DNA of 64,000 nt from Ktedonobacteraceae bacterium. Lineage in GTDB: Bacteria > Chloroflexota > Ktedonobacteria > Ktedonobacterales > Ktedonobacteraceae. A model generated the notes under the pieces. The model was not told the origin of the DNA. It was given only the letters and a program-made list of their open reading frames with translations, and did no database searches. Position 1 is the first letter of the stretch, and every line of letters starts with the position of its first letter. Position numbers and translations under genes: made by a program. Below, piece by piece: positions 44,809 through 54,204 of the stretch. The DNA lies in NCBI GenBank assembly GCA_034438015.1, contig DAOTTD010000185.1:31908-95907 (forward strand), given 5' to 3'.

Positions 44809-47154
44809 ATGGAAGCGGTCTCGACGCTGCAACGCCGGCGTATCCTCATTCAAGGTATCGTACAGGGCGTGGGCTTCCGGCCCTTCGTCTACGGACAGGC
44901 GCACCACTACGGCCTGTGCGGCTTTGTGTTGAACGACAGCACCGGCGTCACCATCGAAGTCGAGGGGTCTATGACGGATCTCGACGCGTTCCAGCACGCA
45001 TTGACTGAGAAGGCACCGCTCCTGGCGCGCATCGACACGCTGGCCGTCGAGCAGATACCCCTATGCCTCGATACATCCTTCGTCATCGCGCACAGCCAGA
45101 GCAGCAGTGAGCGCCTGGCGCTGATCTCGCCCGATACCTCGACATGCGCCGACTGCCTGCATGAGCTCTTCGATCCCACCGACCGCCGCTACCACTACCC
45201 GTTTATCAACTGCACCAACTGCGGGCCACGCTTCACCATTGTACAGGGCGTGCCCTACGACCGGGCCAACACCACCATGAGCGTCTTCCCACTGTGCCCG
45301 GATTGCCAGGCCGAATACGATGATCCGCTCAGCAGGCGCTTTCACGCTCAACCGAATGCCTGTCCCATATGCGGTCCACAGATGCAACTGCTCGCCCAGG
45401 ACGGAGCGCCCATCGCCAGCGCCGATCCCATCGCCGCCGCCGCACAGCGATTAGCAGATGGGCAAATTCTAGCAGTGAAGGGCCTGGGAGGGTATCACCT
45501 GGTCTGCGACGCGCGCAACGAAGATGCAGTGGGACAGTTGCGGAGCCGCAAGCGCCGCGAGGCCAGACCCTTTGCGTTGATGGTTCCCGATCTAGAAACG
45601 GCGCGGCAGCTCTGTACAATCAGCGCAGACGAGGCAAAGCTCCTGCAATCGTACCGGCGCCCCATCGTCTTACTACAACAGACGTCTGACCGTTCGGTAG
45701 CACCATCGGTAGCGCCAGAACATAACACACTGGGAATTATGTTACCTTACGCACCGTTCCATTATCTGCTCCTGCATGCGTTCTCGCGCTGCATGGGCCA
45801 GGGGCGTCCGGCGGCGCTGGTCATGACCAGCGGCAATGTGAGCGACGAGCCGATAGCGTACCGCGACGAAGATGCACTCGCGCGTCTCGCGACCATCGCC
45901 GATGCCTTCCTGACGCACAACCGCGCGATCCATATGCGCTGCGACGACACGGTGATGCGCGCGGCGGCCCACGGAGAACAGTTCTTCCGACGGTCGCGCG
46001 GTTATGCGCCAGAGCCGCTCTCGCTACCACACGAATGTCCCGTTCCTGTGCTGGCCTGCGGCGGACACCTCAAGAACACGTTCTGCCTCGGTAAGAGCAG
46101 GCAGGCGTTTCTCAGCCATCACATCGGCGACCTGGACAATCTGGAGACGCTCATCTCGTTCCGCGAGGGGATAGAACATTATAAAGATCTCTTTGGCATC
46201 GCGCCCCAGGTCATAGCGCACGACCTGCACCCTGAATATCTGGCGACCAAATATGCTCTCGACGCGGCTATCCCCTATAAGATCGGCGTGCAGCACCATC
46301 ATGCGCATATCGCCAGCGTCATCGCTGAGCACGGTCTGGAAGGACCGGTGATTGGGGTAGCGGCTGACGGCACAGGCTATGGCACGGACGGCGCGGTGTG
46401 GGGCTGCGAGGTGATGGTCGCCGACCTGGAGGATTTTCAACGCGTGGCGCATCTCGCATACGTGCCGCTGCCGGGCGGTGAGCAGGCGATCCGCCAGCCG
46501 TGGCGCATGGCCGCCGTCTACCTCGCGCAGGCATACGGCGACGACTTTCTTGCACTGGACATACCCTTTGTGGAGCAGATGGACCAGAGACGCTGGCACA
46601 CGCTTGCCCAGATGATAGCACGCTCCATGAATACGCCGCCCACCTCCAGCCTTGGACGCCTGTTTGATGCCGTCGCCGTACTGCTGGGTATAACGGCGAT
46701 CGGCGCGCAACCGGAGCGCGAGAACCAGCTTTACGAGGGGCAGGCCGCGATCGAGATGGAGATGCGCGCCGCCGCGCTAACCGGCGCTATGGAGAGCTAT
46801 CCCTTCGCGCTGCACGCGGGCAGCCCTGCGCAGCTCGACGTACAGCCGCTAATACGCGCCATCGTCCAGGACATCCAGCGCGGCATCCCTGCCGCACAGA
46901 TCGCCGCAAGATTTCACTATTCGATCGCGCAACTGCTCGCGGAGGCGTGTACGCAGACGCGCGAGCGCACACAGATACACAGCGTTGCACTAAGTGGAGG
47001 AGTATTTCAGAATCGCCTGTTGCTTGAACAACTCACCTTGCAGCTTGCACGACAGGGCTTCCAGGTCTACACCAACCGGCGCGTCCCGCCGAACGATGGT
47101 GGATTGAGCCTGGGGCAACTGGCAGTAGCAGCGGCGCTCATGAGGCAGGACTGA
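44809..47154 (+). CDS. hypF: Carbamoyltransferase HypF
   Basis: Acylphosphatase domain (IQGIVQGVGFRPFV), two zinc-finger pairs (CADC...CTNCGPR; CPDC...CPICGP), YrdC-like and Kae1-like domains. Confidence 0.95.
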   Translation: MEAVSTLQRRRILIQGIVQGVGFRPFVYGQAHHYGLCGFVLNDSTGVTIEVEGSMTDLDAFQHALTEKAPLLARIDTLAVEQIPLCLDTSFVIAHSQSSSERLALISPDTSTCADCLHELFDPTDRRYHYPFINCTNCGPRFTIVQGVPYDRANTTMSVFPLCPDCQAEYDDPLSRRFHAQPNACPICGPQMQLLAQDGAPIASADPIAAAAQRLADGQILAVKGLGGYHLVCDARNEDAVGQLRSRKRREARPFALMVPDLETARQLCTISADEAKLLQSYRRPIVLLQQTSDRSVAPSVAPEHNTLGIMLPYAPFHYLLLHAFSRCMGQGRPAALVMTSGNVSDEPIAYRDEDALARLATIADAFLTHNRAIHMRCDDTVMRAAAHGEQFFRRSRGYAPEPLSLPHECPVPVLACGGHLKNTFCLGKSRQAFLSHHIGDLDNLETLISFREGIEHYKDLFGIAPQVIAHDLHPEYLATKYALDAAIPYKIGVQHHHAHIASVIAEHGLEGPVIGVAADGTGYGTDGAVWGCEVMVADLEDFQRVAHLAYVPLPGGEQAIRQPWRMAAVYLAQAYGDDFLALDIPFVEQMDQRRWHTLAQMIARSMNTPPTSSLGRLFDAVAVLLGITAIGAQPERENQLYEGQAAIEMEMRAAALTGAMESYPFALHAGSPAQLDVQPLIRAIVQDIQRGIPAAQIAARFHYSIAQLLAEACTQTRERTQIHSVALSGGVFQNRLLLEQLTLQLARQGFQVYTNRRVPPNDGGLSLGQLAVAAALMRQD

Positions 47155-47214
47155 CGAGTTCCACCAATGCGATGTTGTCATAAACGTCGTATTTTCAATG
47201 ACGAGGAGGGTATC

Positions 47215-47487
47215 ATGTGTTTAGGCATTCCGGGTCAGATCGTAGAGATCGTAGATGAGACCTATGACATCGCAAAGGTCGAGGTTTCCGGAATCAAACG
47301 CAACATCAGCATCGCCCTGGTGCGACCGGACGGCATCGGGCCGGGCGACTGGGTGCTGGTCCACGTAGGCTTCGCTATGAGCAAGATCGACGAGAAGGAG
47401 GCGCACGACACACTGCAGGCACTCCAGTTAATGGGCGATCCCTACAGAGACGAGATGGAGATGTTGCACAGCAGTCAGATTGAGTGA
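47215..47487 (+). CDS. hypC: Hydrogenase assembly chaperone HypC
   Basis: MCLGIPGQIVEI with the essential Cys2. ATG at 47215 follows GAGGAGGG. Confidence 0.9.
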   Translation: MCLGIPGQIVEIVDETYDIAKVEVSGIKRNISIALVRPDGIGPGDWVLVHVGFAMSKIDEKEAHDTLQALQLMGDPYRDEMEMLHSSQIE

Positions 47488-47508
47488 CGCTGGAAAGAGA
47501 GAAGGGCG

Positions 47509-48117
47509 ATGGCTGCTGATACCAACGCGCTGCAACAACGGCTCACAGCGCGCTTCACACAGAGTATTGAGGTACCAAAGACGTTCTTCGCGGCGGAGGC
47601 GGAGCAGATAGCACAGGCGTGCTGGTCGATGGCGCGGCGCTTCCACCAGGGAGGCAGGCTGCTGGCATTCGGCAGCGGGTCCTGGGCGACCGACGCGCAG
47701 CACGTCGCAGTCGAGTTCGTCCATCCCGTCATCGTTGGCAAGCGGGCACTCCCTGCACTCGCGCTAACCAATGATAGCGCCACGCTCAGCGGCTCACTCG
47801 CCAGCAGAGAGAGCCACGAGTTCTTCAGCAGACAGTTGCAGGTGCTGGCACGGTCCCAGGATATCGCGCTGGGCTTCTCGCAGGATGGAAACGATGCGGC
47901 AGTGCTGGCGGCGCTTGACGTGGCGCGCAGGATGGGTCTACTCACGCTGGGACTGAGCGGAGGCGAAGGTGGTCAGATCACGCAGATGACGGTCGATTTC
48001 CGCTTCATCGTGCAGGCGAACGATCCGTTGGTGATACAGGAGACGCACGAGACGCTCTACCACATCCTGTGGGAACTTGTACATATTTTCTTTGAGCATG
48101 AAGGGATGTTGCGATGA
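47509..48117 (+). CDS. SIS-domain protein (GmhA/phosphoheptose-isomerase-like), copy 1
   Basis: GGRLLAFGSGSWATDAQHVAVEF, LPALALTNDSA, GLLTLGLSGGEGG. Confidence 0.75.
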   Translation: MAADTNALQQRLTARFTQSIEVPKTFFAAEAEQIAQACWSMARRFHQGGRLLAFGSGSWATDAQHVAVEFVHPVIVGKRALPALALTNDSATLSGSLASRESHEFFSRQLQVLARSQDIALGFSQDGNDAAVLAALDVARRMGLLTLGLSGGEGGQITQMTVDFRFIVQANDPLVIQETHETLYHILWELVHIFFEHEGMLR

Positions 48118-48425
48118 TGAATAGTAAAGCTCCGTATTCGGCTGCTAACGACGCTGCGCGTCTACCTACGGTCAAGCAGCCGCAAGGTAGTAATCCATTC
48201 GCCTGTATGCTTGACGAAGAGGGACACTGCATCACCTGTTCGGACGAGGCGCTCTCCGTGAAGGTGTTGCTCGTCGATCGGGAGACGGAGATGGCGCGCG
48301 TGGAAGTGCAGGGCAAAGAAGAGGAGGTAGACATCACGCTGATCGAGAACGTACGGCCCGGCGATATCTTGCTGGTGCACGGCGGCGTCGCCATCGCCTG
48401 CACAGAGGGAAACGGCGATGAATAG
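48114..48425 (+). CDS. HypC/HupF-family chaperone-like protein (second copy, N-terminally extended)
   Basis: HCITCSDEALSVKVL...GDILLVHGGVAIA. 4-nt overlap with the upstream gene and 8-nt overlap with the downstream gene. Confidence 0.7.
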   Translation: MMNSKAPYSAANDAARLPTVKQPQGSNPFACMLDEEGHCITCSDEALSVKVLLVDRETEMARVEVQGKEEEVDITLIENVRPGDILLVHGGVAIACTEGNGDE

Positions 48426-49092
48426 CGAGGGATCGGAGTACGACCGGCTCTTCTACCCATACCTTTTCGAGGGCGGTCAGGTCAGCACCGAGGAGGTACT
48501 GGCACAGGTGCGGCACTCGATACTGGAGAAGTGCGCCGAGATCGTCGAACTCCGGCGCGTCGTGCTTGAGCGGTCAGGTCCGCAGATCATCGCCGTTGGG
48601 CGCGCAATGGCACGGGCCTTCGCCTCCGGCGCGACGCTGCTGGCCTTCGGGAACGGCGGCAGCACTACCGACGCGCAGGACATCGTGACCGAACTGCTGC
48701 GCCCGCCGTTTCCCTCCTGGTCGCCGCTACCGGCGATCGCGCTGACCAACGACAGCGCCGTCATCACAGCGGTAGGCAACGACGTTGGCTTCGAGAATAT
48801 CTATGCACGCCAGGTGATCGCCTTCGGCAAACCAGGCGACATCGCGCTGGGCATCTCGACCAGCGGCAACTCAGCGAATATTCTGTTTACCTTCGAGCAG
48901 GCTAAGAAGCAGGGATTGCTGACGATAGGACTGGCCGGGTACGATGGCGGGAAGATGGCACGTTCTGCTGCCGTTGACTACTGCATCACCACGGCTGGCG
49001 ATCATATTCCGCGCCTCCAGGAGGTGCAGGCGACCACATATCACGCGCTGCTGGAGATCGTGCAGCTTTTGTTACAAGAGGATAAATTATAG
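48418..49092 (+). CDS. SIS-domain protein (GmhA-like), copy 2
   Basis: GATLLAFGNGGSTTDAQDIVTEL, LPAIALTNDSAVITAVGND, GISTSGNSANI, GLLTIGLAGYDGG. Confidence 0.75.
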   Translation: MNSEGSEYDRLFYPYLFEGGQVSTEEVLAQVRHSILEKCAEIVELRRVVLERSGPQIIAVGRAMARAFASGATLLAFGNGGSTTDAQDIVTELLRPPFPSWSPLPAIALTNDSAVITAVGNDVGFENIYARQVIAFGKPGDIALGISTSGNSANILFTFEQAKKQGLLTIGLAGYDGGKMARSAAVDYCITTAGDHIPRLQEVQATTYHALLEIVQLLLQEDKL

Positions 49093-49137
49093 CAAACCGA
49101 GAGTTATGTGCAGTCTGACGCGCAAGGAGCAAATGCG

Positions 49138-50289
49138 ATGAAATATGTCGATGAATACCGGGATTCAGACCTGGCGCGTTCCATCTCAACAGAGATCGCG
49201 CGCCTTAGCAACGGACGCAGTATCAAATTGATGGAGGTCTGCGGAGGGCACACGCACACCATCTACAAGCACGGCATCGAGGATGTCCTGCCCCCCAATA
49301 TCGACCTCGTGCACGGGCCCGGCTGCCCGGTCTGCGTGCTCCCAATGGGGCGCATCGACGACGCCATCGCCATTGCGCATACCGAGAACGTCATCTTCAC
49401 CACCTTCGGCGACATGATGCGCGTCCCCGGCTCACACGGCAGCCTGCTCGACGCCAAGGCTGAGGGTGCCGACGTGCGCTTCGTCTACTCGCCGCTCGAC
49501 GCGCTCAAGATCGCGCACCAGAACCCCGATCGCCAGGTGGTATTTTTCGCCATCGGCTTCGAGACCACGGCTCCATCCACCGCCGTTACCCTGCTACGCG
49601 CGCAGGCGGAGAAGATTAAGAACTTCTCCATCTTCTGCAACCACGTCACCATCATACCCGCGATCAAGGCTATTCTGGACTCGCCCGACCTGCGCCTGGA
49701 CGGCTTTCTTGGGCCGGGACATGTGAGCATGGTGATCGGCATGCGACCGTACACATTTATCGCGCGCGACCACCACAAGCCCATCGTCATCGCAGGCTTC
49801 GAGCCGCTCGACATTATCCAGACGACGTACATGGTCGTCAAGCAGCTCAGCGAAGGGCGGGCCGAAGTCGAAAACCAGTACGCGCGCGTCGTGCGGGCAG
49901 AGGGCAACGTCAAAGCCCTGGAGGCGATGGCACGCACGATGGAGCTGCGTCCCTTCTTCGAGTGGCGCGGGCTGGGCTTCATCACGCACAGCGCACTGAA
50001 GCTACGCCCGGAGTTCGCGCCGTGGGACGCCGAGCTGCGCTTCGAGGTGCCGGGCCTGCGCGTCGCCGATCCCAAAGCCTGCCAGTGTGGAGAAGTGCTC
50101 AAGGGCGTTATCAAGCCGTGGGAGTGCAAGGTCTTCGGCACTGCCTGCACGCCGGAGACGCCGATCGGCACTTGCATGGTCTCGCCGGAGGGGGCCTGCG
50201 CCGCCTACTTCAGTTACGGACGCTTCTCGATGGCATCCGAACGCTCGCGGCTGAACATTCTGCCGGTCACGCAGGCAAGGGAGGCTTAG
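49138..50289 (+). CDS. hypD: Hydrogenase maturation protein HypD
   Basis: MKYVDEYRD, EVCGGHTH, GPGCPVCV, C-terminal Cys cluster. ATG at 49138 follows AAGGAG. Confidence 0.95.
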   Translation: MKYVDEYRDSDLARSISTEIARLSNGRSIKLMEVCGGHTHTIYKHGIEDVLPPNIDLVHGPGCPVCVLPMGRIDDAIAIAHTENVIFTTFGDMMRVPGSHGSLLDAKAEGADVRFVYSPLDALKIAHQNPDRQVVFFAIGFETTAPSTAVTLLRAQAEKIKNFSIFCNHVTIIPAIKAILDSPDLRLDGFLGPGHVSMVIGMRPYTFIARDHHKPIVIAGFEPLDIIQTTYMVVKQLSEGRAEVENQYARVVRAEGNVKALEAMARTMELRPFFEWRGLGFITHSALKLRPEFAPWDAELRFEVPGLRVADPKACQCGEVLKGVIKPWECKVFGTACTPETPIGTCMVSPEGACAAYFSYGRFSMASERSRLNILPVTQAREA

Positions 50290-50346
50290 CGCTTCCCGGC
50301 CATGTCAAGGTGATGCATGGTTTTAAAAGATAGGACGGAGGACTTT

Positions 50347-51441
50347 ATGGAGAGACAGGACGCGCGCGTCGACGAGGTACTGAACAAGATCGAGCGCACA
50401 CGGCAGGCGCGGCGCAACAAATTCTATCTGCGCGACGAGCATATCACGCTCAGTCATGGCAGCGGCGGCAAGGCGACACACAACCTGATCGAGGGCGTCT
50501 TCGCGCCCGCCTTCTCCAACCCGATACTCGACCAGATGGACGACTCGGCGCGGCTGGAGATCTCCGGTGCGCGCCTCGCCTTCACTACCGACACCTACGT
50601 CGTCAGCCCGCTCTTCTTTCCAGGCGGCGACATTGGCAAGCTCGCCGTACATGGCACGATCAACGATCTCGCAATGGCGGGTGCCGAGCCGCTGTATCTC
50701 TCCGCTGGCTTCATCTTAGAGGAGGGCTTCCCCATCGCCGACCTGAAGCGCATCGTCACCTCGATGGCACTGGCGGCGAAAGAGGCTGGCGTCTCCATCG
50801 TCACCGGTGACACCAAGGTCGTGCAGCGCGGCAAAGCGGACGGTCTGTTTATCAACACGGCGGGCATCGGTCTCATACGCAACGCAGCGGTAGCGGGACA
50901 GGTCCAGGTGCAGCCGGGCGACCGGGTGCTGTTGAGCGGACCCGTCGGGGACCACGGCATCGCCATCATGCTGGCGCGCGACGAGCTCGACATCGAGACG
51001 AGCGTTGTGAGCGACACGGCACCGCTGCATACGCTGGTGGCGCACCTGCTGGCGGCGGTCGGAGACGGTGTGCGCTGCCTGAAGGACCCCACACGCGGCG
51101 GCGTCGCAACCACACTCAACGAGATCGCCCTGAGCTCCGAAGTCTCCATTGCCCTCGACGAACGGGCCATCCCCATCCACGCCGAAGTCAGGGGTGCCTG
51201 CGAGATACTGGGCCTGGACCCCTTGACGATCGCCAACGAGGGCAAGTTACTAGCCATCGTCAGGCCGGAGGCCGAGCGGGAAGCCCTGGCGGCGCTGCGC
51301 AGTCATCCGCTGGGACGCGAGGCCGCGCTGATCGGTACGGTGCAGGCCCAGCCGCCGGGGATGGTCTTCTTACGCACCGATATCGGGGGAACGCGAGTTC
51401 TGGATATGTTAGTGGGCGATCCTCTGCCACGCATATGTTAA
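50347..51441 (+). CDS. hypE: Hydrogenase maturation protein HypE
   Basis: SHGSGGK, AIR-synthase-like fold motifs, C-terminal PRIC. Confidence 0.95.
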   Translation: MERQDARVDEVLNKIERTRQARRNKFYLRDEHITLSHGSGGKATHNLIEGVFAPAFSNPILDQMDDSARLEISGARLAFTTDTYVVSPLFFPGGDIGKLAVHGTINDLAMAGAEPLYLSAGFILEEGFPIADLKRIVTSMALAAKEAGVSIVTGDTKVVQRGKADGLFINTAGIGLIRNAAVAGQVQVQPGDRVLLSGPVGDHGIAIMLARDELDIETSVVSDTAPLHTLVAHLLAAVGDGVRCLKDPTRGGVATTLNEIALSSEVSIALDERAIPIHAEVRGACEILGLDPLTIANEGKLLAIVRPEAEREALAALRSHPLGREAALIGTVQAQPPGMVFLRTDIGGTRVLDMLVGDPLPRIC

Positions 51442-51512
51442 ACTAAAGGAAGGATGCAGAAAAGTCTCTCTATGTGAGATGAGGATGTCGCCCACCTTCT
51501 CACCTTCTGCAA

Positions 51513-51549
51513 GAACAACGCGCCTGATCAGCGCGTTGTTCGGGTTTTT
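51513..51549 (+). terminator. Rho-independent terminator closing the hyp operon
   Basis: GAACAACGCGC-ctgatca-GCGCGTTGTTC then gggTTTTT. Confidence 0.8.
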
Positions 51550-51580
51550 GGGAATACGTCCTATAATCGCTCTTTACTGA

Positions 51581-51814
51581 ATAGACATCATTCAGCAGAG
51601 GATACCCGAAACCTGTTCGTCAATCAAATCTATCAAGGTAATTCAGGGACATCACCGTATCGGGCATGCTGACCACAATTTAGCGGTCTTACGCCATATT
51701 GCTCTCAATCTCCCGCGGCAAGAACGTACGGCCAAGGTCGGCGTCAAAACCAAACGGCTCAAAGCTGGTTGGAGCAATGAGGATCTCCTGAAAGTTTTAG
51801 GTATCCCAAATTAA
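51581..51814 (+). pseudogene. C-terminal remnant of an ISAs1/IS4-like DDE transposase
   Basis: Open frame without a start codon. It ends ...[49 protein letters not shown], resembling the conserved C-terminus of ISAs1-family transposases. No catalytic core is present. Confidence 0.6.
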
Positions 51815-51980
51815 GATGCGATTGCCCTGGAAACACGCCTCTTGTCTCTTGCATTTCATGTGTTTCAAATGTAATCTAATAGTGCGTGAGGAAAAAGAGG
51901 TTATTGAAAGGCGGGCAATGGCGGGGGCCAGCCATAGGATCAACCCACGCCACTACATTTTTTGCATTGGAAGGGGAATT

Positions 51981-52640
51981 ATGGATATTATCCTGATCGG
52001 AGCACCGGGAGCGGGGAAGGGGACACAGGCTGAGAAGCTTTCTCAGCTCTTTGGAATGCGCCATATTGCTAGCGGTGACTTGTTCGAAAAGGCATTTGAA
52101 GAGCAGACAGAGCTTGGGTTAAAAGCGCGGATGTATGTTGATCTAGGGGAACTGGTTCCCGATGAGATGACGATCCCGATGGCGCTTCGTCACATTGAGG
52201 AACCTGAGAGTACGCATGGCGTAGTGCTGGATGGCTTTCCGCGCACTCTCTCGCAAGCACTGGCACTGGATGCAGAACTACAACAGCTCAACCGACAGAT
52301 TGATCTCGTGATCTCCCTCAAGGTTTCGCGTGGAGAATTACTGAGGAGGCTAGCGGGCAGAGTATTCTGTCGAGCAAATTCACACGTCTACAATGTCGAG
52401 CTTCACCCACCGAAAGTGCCTGGTGTGTGTGATCTGGACGGCAGTATGCTCTATCAACGTCCTGATGATACAGGAGAAGCAGTGCGAAAAAGGCTGGTCG
52501 TCTTCTTCTATGCAGCCGGCCAGGTGCTCGACCACTACAAAAAGCAGAACAAGTTGAGGGAGGTGGATGGCAATCAAAGTATCGACCAGGTACAGGCGAT
52601 GATCACGAGTGAGATAAATGATTACATGGGGAAAAGGTAG
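51981..52640 (+). CDS. adk: Adenylate kinase (zinc-less LID variant)
   Basis: P-loop GAPGAGKGTQ. LID region C-RAN-S...C-DL-D keeps only 2 of 4 metal ligands. ATG at 51981 follows GGAAGGGG; the upstream ORF-track extension is unlikely. Confidence 0.9.
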   Translation: MDIILIGAPGAGKGTQAEKLSQLFGMRHIASGDLFEKAFEEQTELGLKARMYVDLGELVPDEMTIPMALRHIEEPESTHGVVLDGFPRTLSQALALDAELQQLNRQIDLVISLKVSRGELLRRLAGRVFCRANSHVYNVELHPPKVPGVCDLDGSMLYQRPDDTGEAVRKRLVVFFYAAGQVLDHYKKQNKLREVDGNQSIDQVQAMITSEINDYMGKR

Positions 52641-52661
52641 AAAGCAGGGAGAGGTGTTCTC

Positions 52662-54116
52662 ATGGTACAAAAAACGCCAATAACCGTGGCATACGGGGAT
52701 GGCATCGGGCCAGAAATCATGGAAGCGACCCTCCATATCCTAAAAGCAGCGGAGGCCCGTATCGAAATTGAACCCATCGAAGTGGGCGAGAAAGTCTATT
52801 TGCGCGGCATCAGCGCCGGTATTGAGCCAGGCGCCTGGGAGTCTCTGCGGCGCACGCGGGTCTTCCTGAAAGCGCCCATCACGACTCCCCAGGGTGGTGG
52901 ATACAAGAGCCTCAACGTCACCACTCGCGTCACGCTAGGGCTCTATGCTAATGTACGACCCTGTGTATCCTACTATCCGTTTGTCGATACCAGGCATCCC
53001 GACATGGATGTGGTCATCATTCGTGAGAACGAGGAAGACCTTTATACCGGCATCGAGTATCGCCAGACGCATGATATGGTGGAGAGCCTGAAACTGATTA
53101 GTCGTCCCGGCTCCGAAAAAATCGTGCGTTACGCCTTCGAGTACGCTCGAAGCCACAATCGTAAGAAGGTTGTCTGCTTCATCAAAGATAATATTATGAA
53201 GCTGACCGATGGCCTCTTCCACAAGGTATTTAACGAGATTGCGGAAGAATATCCCGATATTCAGAATGAGAGCTGGATCGTTGACATCGGGTCAGCAAAA
53301 CTAGCCGACACCCCAGAAGCATTCGATGTGCTTGTCTTGCCTAACCTGTATGGTGATATTCTTTCCGACGTGGCGGCTCAGCTTGCCGGTTCGGTTGGTC
53401 TCGCTGGTTCAGCAAACATTGGCGATAGTTGCGCGATGTTTGAGGCCATTCACGGTTCCGCTCCTCGTCGTGCGAGCCAGAACATCGCCAATCCCTCTGG
53501 GTTATTGCTCGCGGCGGTGATGATGCTGGTTCACATCAATCAACCAGATGTCGCGACACTCATACACAATGCCTGGTTGCGTACTGTTGAGGATGGCATT
53601 CACACCTACGATATTTATGTGGAGGGGGTGAGCAAAGCAAAGGTTGGTACAAGAGAGTTCGCGGAGGCCGTTAGCGCTCGTCTTGGTCAGGAGCCACATA
53701 TGCTCAAGGCAATTCGTTATACGTCAGCGCCGGCACTTATTACCAATGAACAGGTGAGCGCATCCTCGTCTTCCGAGAAGAAGGATCTGGTGGGGGTAGA
53801 TATCTTCCTGGATTGGCATAGCGGAAGTGCCGAGGAACTGGGCGAGAGCTTTAAGAAGCTGAGCAGTCATGGCCTCGAGTTGAAGGTGATTACGAACCGT
53901 GGCGCGAAGGTGTGGCCGGAGGGCCTGCCCGAGACGTTCTGTACGGATCAGTGGCGCTGCCGTTTCATGGCACCTCATGCTGGCGATGTAATCAACCATT
54001 TGCAGATCATCGCACTGCTTCAGCACATAGACGAAGCAGGCTATGACTTCATTAAGTTTGAGAACCTGTACAACTTCGATGGCCGACCGGCATACTCGAC
54101 GGTACAGGGTGCATAG
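52662..54116 (+). CDS. icd: Isocitrate dehydrogenase (isocitrate/isopropylmalate dehydrogenase family, ~480-aa type with C-terminal extension)
   Basis: GDGIGPEI, SLNVTTRV..LYANVRP, NLYGDILSD, GSAP motifs. Confidence 0.8.
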   Translation: MVQKTPITVAYGDGIGPEIMEATLHILKAAEARIEIEPIEVGEKVYLRGISAGIEPGAWESLRRTRVFLKAPITTPQGGGYKSLNVTTRVTLGLYANVRPCVSYYPFVDTRHPDMDVVIIRENEEDLYTGIEYRQTHDMVESLKLISRPGSEKIVRYAFEYARSHNRKKVVCFIKDNIMKLTDGLFHKVFNEIAEEYPDIQNESWIVDIGSAKLADTPEAFDVLVLPNLYGDILSDVAAQLAGSVGLAGSANIGDSCAMFEAIHGSAPRRASQNIANPSGLLLAAVMMLVHINQPDVATLIHNAWLRTVEDGIHTYDIYVEGVSKAKVGTREFAEAVSARLGQEPHMLKAIRYTSAPALITNEQVSASSSSEKKDLVGVDIFLDWHSGSAEELGESFKKLSSHGLELKVITNRGAKVWPEGLPETFCTDQWRCRFMAPHAGDVINHLQIIALLQHIDEAGYDFIKFENLYNFDGRPAYSTVQGA

Positions 54117-54204
54117 GTTTGTAAAATAGGTTCTCTCGAAAATCTCGGTCATACCTCTCTATCTGTAAATCATTTCATTCCATGAACGGAATCTGTACAA
54201 TTAT

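Noticed and set aside
43700-51257. Multiple 130-230-aa minus-strand ORFs across hypA-hypE (for example 43700-44347, 46024-46710, 49485-50177, 50595-51257)
   Set aside because: All lie antisense to well-supported hyp genes and have low-complexity Ser/Arg/Ala-rich composition.
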